Assembly: GCA_965206695.1 (NCBI GenBank)
Contig: CBDBKM010000010.1
Location: 1-64,000, forward strand
From: Chlamydiales bacterium
GTDB lineage: Bacteria > Chlamydiota > Chlamydiia > Chlamydiales > JAAZZY01
Direction: 5' to 3'
DNA length: 64,000 nucleotides
A program made the translations under genes and the position numbers. This document shows, piece after piece, positions 61,784 to 64,000 of this stretch. The notes under the pieces are model-generated. The model ran no database searches. It saw only the letters and a list, made by a program, of their open reading frames with translations, and had not been told where the DNA came from. Numbering within the stretch: position 1 is the first letter of the stretch; each line of letters starts with the position of its first letter.

Positions 61784-64000
61784 ATGAAAGTCAAAATTTT
61801 AAAGATTACTCTAATACCTGTTTGTGTGATTGCATTTTTAATTACTTTTATTCTTTTTGGTAGCATGCCCCAAAAGAGTGGTGTAAAAAAAGTGAATGCT
61901 CTAAGTGCCTCTGTTAAAATTATTAGAGATAAGTATGGGGTCGTCAAAATAAAAGGAAAAACAAGAACTGATGTTGCTTATGCTATGGGTTTTGTACATG
62001 CACAAGAAAGATTTTTTCAAATGGATTTATTGAGACGAAAAGGGGCAGGTGAACTTTCAGAGCTATTTGGACAATATACTCTTGAATTTGATAAATTCTT
62101 GAGAATGCATCGCTTTAGAAATCAAGCTAAAATAGTTATGGATACAATGACTATAGAAGAAAAAGAAATACTTTTTTCTTATGCAAAAGGAGTAAATAAG
62201 GGTTTATCCTCTTTAAAATGCAAACCAATCGAATACTTACTACTTAGGGCTAAACCTGAATTATGGACCGCAGAAGACTCACTTTTGGTCGGATATGCGC
62301 TTTTCTTTGCCCTTCAAGATTCGGGAGGAGATTACCCTAGAACACGTGGTGCCATCCAAAAAGTTTTGCCTGAAAAATTATTTTCATTTCTGGTTGACAA
62401 CGGTTCTGAATGGAGTTGCATCCCAGAAGGTCAGAAGACCCCTTTCCAAAAGCTAGATAAAGCAGATTTTATAGCAAAAGAGCAGAAGGAATTAACTGAA
62501 TTTGAAGTAGATGCAGAGGTTAATAAAGGAAGTAATCAATGGGCAGTTGGACCCGAGTTAACTAAAGATGGATCCTGTATTTTAGCTTGTGATATGCACT
62601 TAGACCTGGCTGTTCCAAACACATGGTTCAGGATGTCACTTGATTATTTATCAAGCAATGAGGAATCTGTTTTTGTTTCAGGGGTCACTCTTCCGGGAAT
62701 CCCTTTAATTATCATAGGGAGCAATTTAAACTTAGCCTGGGGATTTACAGCTTCATACATTGATACTACAGACCTAATCGTTCTTGAAGAAGATAAAGAG
62801 AATAAAAACTTATACTTAAGTAGTACGGGTTATAAACCTTTTATCGAGCATCTTGAAAAGATTAAAGTGAAGGGTGAATCTTGCGTACATCAAAAGTATT
62901 TATGGACTGAATGGGGTCCTGTATCACCGAACCTATTTGAAGGAAAGAAAACTGCAATTAAATGGGTTGCTCATGAAAATGATGCTTTCAATTTGAAATT
63001 AAATCTTTTGGAGCGTGCAAGATCAGTGGATGAGGCATTAGAACTATCATCTCAAATTAATATACCGGTTCTAAATTTTATGGCAGTTGATTCTAAGGGA
63101 AACCTTGCATGGACCTATATGGGAAAAATTCCAAATCGCCGGGGTTATGCTCCAGGATTACCCATCTCATACTCAGAGGGAGATAAAAGCTGGTCAGGAG
63201 TTGGAAGTTACTCAGGTAACCTGTATATAAAAAATCCCCCTGAAAAATTTTTGTGTACTGCCAATAATAAAGTTGTCAATCGAGAATTCCTTGGAAAGAA
63301 TTACATGAATGGAATCCGAGCTTTTCAAATAAAAAAGAATCTGGAATTAACGTCTGAACATGACCTTAGCTCAATGAAAAACATACAGTTAGATGAATCA
63401 GCTTTTTTTTTTAAAAGGTGGCAGAAGCTTCTTGCAGGCTGTCTCAGTTCCAAATCTGACGTAGAGCTCCGGCTATTGAAAGAAGTCAATGAATGGAATG
63501 AATTATGCTCATCTGAATCAAAGGGCTATTATTGGGTCAGAGAATTCCGTAAATTATTTTCCAGAACAGTAATTGAGATGTTTATTTCTGATGCAAATAC
63601 TATAACATCGAATTTGAAATGGCATCTACTGGATATGGAAGAGCCCATTTATTTAATTGCAAAGCAAGCTGTTTTTGACTCTAAAGATAGATCTGAAAAA
63701 GATTTTTCAGATTTTATCCAAATTCTTGAGAAAACTAAATTGCAGTTGCTGAAACAATACGAAAGTTCCTCAATTGAGAACTGGGGGCAAAAGAATATTT
63801 TTTCCATTCAACATCCACTTAGCGATGCGTTAGGTCCTTTAACCGGTCTTTTTGATATGCCAAAAACGTCGACTGGGGGGGATGCATATTGCCCAAAAGT
63901 TTGTAGGCCTAAGGTGGGTGCGTCAGTTCGAATGATCACCATTCCTAATAAAAGAGATCAATGTCTAATTAGTATGCCATGTGGGCAAAGTGGCCATTTT
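61784..64000 (+). CDS. Penicillin acylase-family (Ntn-hydrolase, peptidase S45) protein, partial, running off the window
   Basis: Not in the ORF track because it has no stop in the window. N-terminal TM; RDKYGV; GFVHAQERFFQMDLLRR.GAGELSELFG; catalytic GSNQWAVG; DMHL; TANN; PCGQSGH. Confidence 0.92.
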   Translation, partial: MKVKILKITLIPVCVIAFLITFILFGSMPQKSGVKKVNALSASVKIIRDKYGVVKIKGKTRTDVAYAMGFVHAQERFFQMDLLRRKGAGELSELFGQYTLEFDKFLRMHRFRNQAKIVMDTMTIEEKEILFSYAKGVNKGLSSLKCKPIEYLLLRAKPELWTAEDSLLVGYALFFALQDSGGDYPRTRGAIQKVLPEKLFSFLVDNGSEWSCIPEGQKTPFQKLDKADFIAKEQKELTEFEVDAEVNKGSNQWAVGPELTKDGSCILACDMHLDLAVPNTWFRMSLDYLSSNEESVFVSGVTLPGIPLIIIGSNLNLAWGFTASYIDTTDLIVLEEDKENKNLYLSSTGYKPFIEHLEKIKVKGESCVHQKYLWTEWGPVSPNLFEGKKTAIKWVAHENDAFNLKLNLLERARSVDEALELSSQINIPVLNFMAVDSKGNLAWTYMGKIPNRRGYAPGLPISYSEGDKSWSGVGSYSGNLYIKNPPEKFLCTANNKVVNREFLGKNYMNGIRAFQIKKNLELTSEHDLSSMKNIQLDESAFFFKRWQKLLAGCLSSKSDVELRLLKEVNEWNELCSSESKGYYWVREFRKLFSRTVIEMFISDANTITSNLKWHLLDMEEPIYLIAKQAVFDSKDRSEKDFSDFIQILEKTKLQLLKQYESSSIENWGQKNIFSIQHPLSDALGPLTGLFDMPKTSTGGDAYCPKVCRPKVGASVRMITIPNKRDQCLISMPCGQSGHF

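Overview
AT-rich bacterial window, most likely from an environmental member of the Chlamydiota. This is inferred from the chlamydial-type T2SS operon, the PiT/DUF47 pair, a stand-alone parB, and the rplU-rpmA-obgE / Zn-Mn ABC transporter / tRNA-Ser gene order. Housekeeping blocks (T2SS, pta-ackA, moxR cluster, PhoR-like kinase, parB, rplU-rpmA-obgE, znuABC-like) alternate with insertion-sequence graveyards. There are six copies of one IS630, three further IS630 types, IS30 with a derived MITE, and IS982, IS5 and IS200/IS605 remnants, several nested three deep. Accessory loci are a two-partner secretion cluster (tpsB plus two FHA-like tpsA paralogs, one decayed), a broken large serine recombinase whose stop codon abuts tRNA-Ser(GGA), an FkbM-like methyltransferase inside the T2SS operon, and a penicillin acylase-like gene running off the window end. 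mutS and tpsB carry several 1-bp indels, either sequencing error or real decay. The most unusual signal is an apparent window-wide directional change CTGG/CCAG -> CCGG. It is visible at synonymous codon junctions and as Trp->Arg, Leu->Pro and Ser->Gly changes in conserved motifs of dead genes. This suggests a CCGG-specific methylation plus very-short-patch repair process, whose genes are not in this window. All calls are by eye, with no database searches.
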